A stretch of DNA of 64,000 nucleotides from contig CM121341.1 in assembly GCA_051530055.1 (NCBI GenBank), positions 11,634,784 to 11,698,783 on the forward strand. The letters are read 5' to 3'. A model generated the notes under the pieces. That model saw nothing but the letters and a program-made list of their open reading frames with translations, was not told the origin of the DNA and ran no database searches. The position numbers and the translations under genes are program-made. Position 1 is the stretch's first letter. Every line of letters starts with the position of its first letter. This document shows positions 61,271 to 64,000 of this stretch, one piece after another. This stretch comes from Neoechinorhynchus agilis. Its lineage: Eukaryota; Animalia; Acanthocephala.

Positions 61271-62049
61271 GTTATATCACCTGTTTTTTGTAGCAGGGTT
61301 CAAAACCTGGGTATACATGAGATGGCTGCTCCGTCTTGTCATGTTTTATTCGATGTAGCGCGCACACCCCACACGCGTTCACAACCTATGTTCACATGCA
61401 CTACGTATATGATTCTTTCGGGGATAACTCTTGACACGTCTGCCGTCGTTTCGCCGATGCCTGCACTGGCTTTTGCTATGCTGAGCTCGTCTAATTAAGA
61501 CGAAATGGACATTGTGTTATAATGTATGGACATAAGAGTTGAAATTAACCAATGGTTGATTTCTCAGTGGATCTTCGTTGATATTGGAAATAATTACGTC
61601 ACAGAAGATGATGTTAATTATTGGCTGATGATTGGTTTTAACAATCAAAATTAAATTCGGGTTAGTTGTTGGACATAAGGTCCGCAATAATTGGAAGAAT
61701 TGTCGGGAAGTATCAGTGGGTTGTTATTATTCGACCTCCACATGGTTGTGGACGGTAGCAATGACGTTAGTTTTTGTTACCATGATTTAGGTTGAGAGTT
61801 GCATTCGTGTAGTGGGATGTGTTATTGTTAAGGTTGTTTGTCGAAACCTGAGGAAGATCGATAAAGGCAAATATATTTCAACAACCTAAGCAATAACTTA
61901 CAATGATTTGGTTCACGGGTGCGATACTCTTGCCGCGGTTAAACACACTATCCTAGGCACTCAGGTTTACGGGTCGACGTAAGGAATAAGCAGCTGGTTA
62001 GTGCAGAAACTTTCGCAACGATACCATTAGCCTCCGTTCCTGTATCGAT

Positions 62050-62350
62050 CGAAGCCCTCAGCGTCGATTTCCTCGGATCGAAGAACGACGAATTTAATAA
62101 AATTCTCGCAGATTTCCCCTATATAACGAGACCTACCTTTTCGGACGTTTCGACCAAACATGCAGTGGAGCACATTATTGAGACACAAGGACAACCACTC
62201 CATGCTAGACCGCGACGCCTGCCACCCGATAAACTCGCTATTACTAAATCCGAATTCAAAAATATGGAGGATCTTGGAATCATTAGACGCTCAAATAGCC
62301 AGTGGTCGTCTCCGTTGCATCTCGTACCCAAATCAGGCGGTTCTTGAAAG
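62050..62350 (+). mobile_element. Ty3/Gypsy pol fragment (pre-RT region)
   Basis: VEHIIETQGQPLHARPRRLPPDKL..EF..MEDLGIIRRSNSQWSSPLHLVPK. Confidence 0.9.
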
Positions 62351-62718
62351 GCTCCATAACGTGTAGTATCCGTGATTTATTTAGGTCACCCTTCAACAAT
62401 TTCTCACACAATCACACAGGCCCACACACAATAAGATGGACATTAAAGCATAGAATTGGAAACAAGCTCAAATAGCACTGCCTTGATTGCTCCGGGAATT
62501 TACAGTAATGTCCCCCTCCATGGACGACTTCTCTACAACCTCATAATTCTTGTTCTCTTCAGAACTTACGACTTCTCTACAACCTCATAATTCTTGTTCT
62601 CTACAGAACTTTTGTCTTTTTTATAATTATCTGTACATTGTTCGTTTTCTCCATTTTCCAAATGTTCGAAGCTATCCGCACTTTGCGAACTTTCCTGGTT
62701 CAAACAAGCTGCTCTATT

Positions 62719-64000
62719 TTACTTCTTGGCACTTCCGCAATTTTCTTTAGATTCCGGGGCAACCGGATTCTGATAAATGAGTTCATAAAACAAGATGTAC
62801 CCAGTAAGAACACGCCTCTTACTCTCTTGATCAGCTGGATTCACAGGTGGGTTAACTCCCGCAACTCCATTTGAGAGATCAAATGGTTCAGGCAACAAAG
62901 CATCCTCCGTTTTTTCCGCCGTCGCATTTTCCTCCTCGACCTCATCTACTCCATAAAACTCCTCAAACACATTTCCATTGACGTCTTTGACTGATGCATC
63001 GTCGAGTATTAACCATTTGTAATCATTGTATGTCTTGGTCACCGATGATTCCGCGGGCTCCTGCGGTTCAGTTATATCCTTGCGGATCACCGTTATGAAA
63101 TGTCCAGTGTTGTGGTTCGCTCCGCAGTGTACAATAAAACATCGAAGACGGTAACGTGCGTTATTCACATCGATTTCAATGGAAAGTGGAACCTTTGCGC
63201 ATACTTTTGTGTAAGTAAATTTTTCTTCTTCTTGAACGCATTTGAACCTTTTCAAGTGAAGGATTAGAATTCTGGGACATTTGTCAATCACCATTCGAAT
63301 CGTTTGTTCATTATGTGCCCAGCAATTTGTACAAAAATGTGGACTTTCTGACTCGAGAATTTCAGGAGTGCTGAAGTCTCTCAGACACTGTTCAACCGTA
63401 CGACCCGCTTCTATTAAATTATTTCTGGTATTTTTAAATCAGGTATCAGTGTAGATAAACCAATTTTACAGAAATATAAATCACAATTTTTCTATTATCA
63501 TATTCTTACCAGTGTGCTTAGGAGGATGCGACTCCCAAAAATGGAACCCATCCAGCCCCTCCCCCCTTCTTGTACCAGAAACAATTCTAGACGTCAAGTG
63601 ATACGTCGTAAAATATTTCCGATTGTTTGGGTCCATCATGACAGAGAATGCAACTCGTCTTATGAACCAATGTTCCCATGAAAATGTCACCAACTATGCA
63701 TTTTTTCGTAATTTCATCCTGAAGGTTGTCAGCGCAAATGTTTATGAGATAATTCAGAAATTCATGGGCATCGTGTTGGTACGGCCGCTTAAAACTACTT
63801 CCATTACTTTGAACCTCGTTAATAAACTTCTTTGGTTTGACTGCAGGTAGGTGGTTATTTCTCCTAAGAATTCTCCGTTTTCTACCAGGTTCCAAAAGCT
63901 CTTCGAAAACTTTTCCCAGGTGATATACTAATGCCGCTCCTCTGACATTTTCATTACCCGGTGGAGAATTCCTTCGTTCGTTCGATTGGCTACGAGCTAA
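62719..64000 (-). CDS. USP12/USP46-like ubiquitin-specific protease, 5' part outside the window; intron 63411-63509; one apparent frameshift near 63590
   Basis: KPKKFI, QHDAHEFLNYL, IFMGTL..C..C, LHLKRFK, VHCG..GHF, WLILDD, GYILFYE; gtaag..ttaatag intron is phase-compatible; frame open to the window end. Confidence 0.88.

Noticed and set aside
60340-62000. 28S 3' end, IGS or another retroelement
   Set aside because: No conserved rRNA or protein motifs that I can identify.

Overview
This is AT-rich eukaryotic (metazoan) genomic DNA using the standard code, with compact, intron-poor genes set among many decayed retroelements. Recognisable genes: Na+/K+-ATPase beta subunit (3 exons), tRNA-Ser(GCT), an intronless PKA-like kinase with a non-canonical catalytic loop, MRPL20, a ~4-kb helical-protein locus broken into three ORFs, a GT10 alpha-1,3-fucosyltransferase, an intronless secreted LRR protein, and the 3' part of a USP12/46-like deubiquitinase. 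Mobile relics: at least five Penelope-like elements (PLE; three with hammerhead motifs), CRE-like RLE elements, L2/CR1- and RTE-like LINE pieces, an R2-like element still joined to 28S rDNA sequence, a Ty3/Gypsy fragment and a MITE pair. The main observation is one small non-coding family built on a minimal type-I hammerhead fold. It occurs as dispersed insertions, two of them with inverted arm + forward arm + 31-33-nt tail + ~12-bp TSD (one inside the 28S pseudogene), and as a ~63-copy, 172-bp satellite whose hammerhead core is mutated. That satellite lies inside a 21-kb block with the same geometry at larger scale (12-bp direct repeat, ~950-bp inverted arms, 40-nt tail), a candidate giant PLE-type insertion. 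All calls come from manual reading and motif recall; no searches or folding programs were run, and boundaries of decayed elements are approximate.
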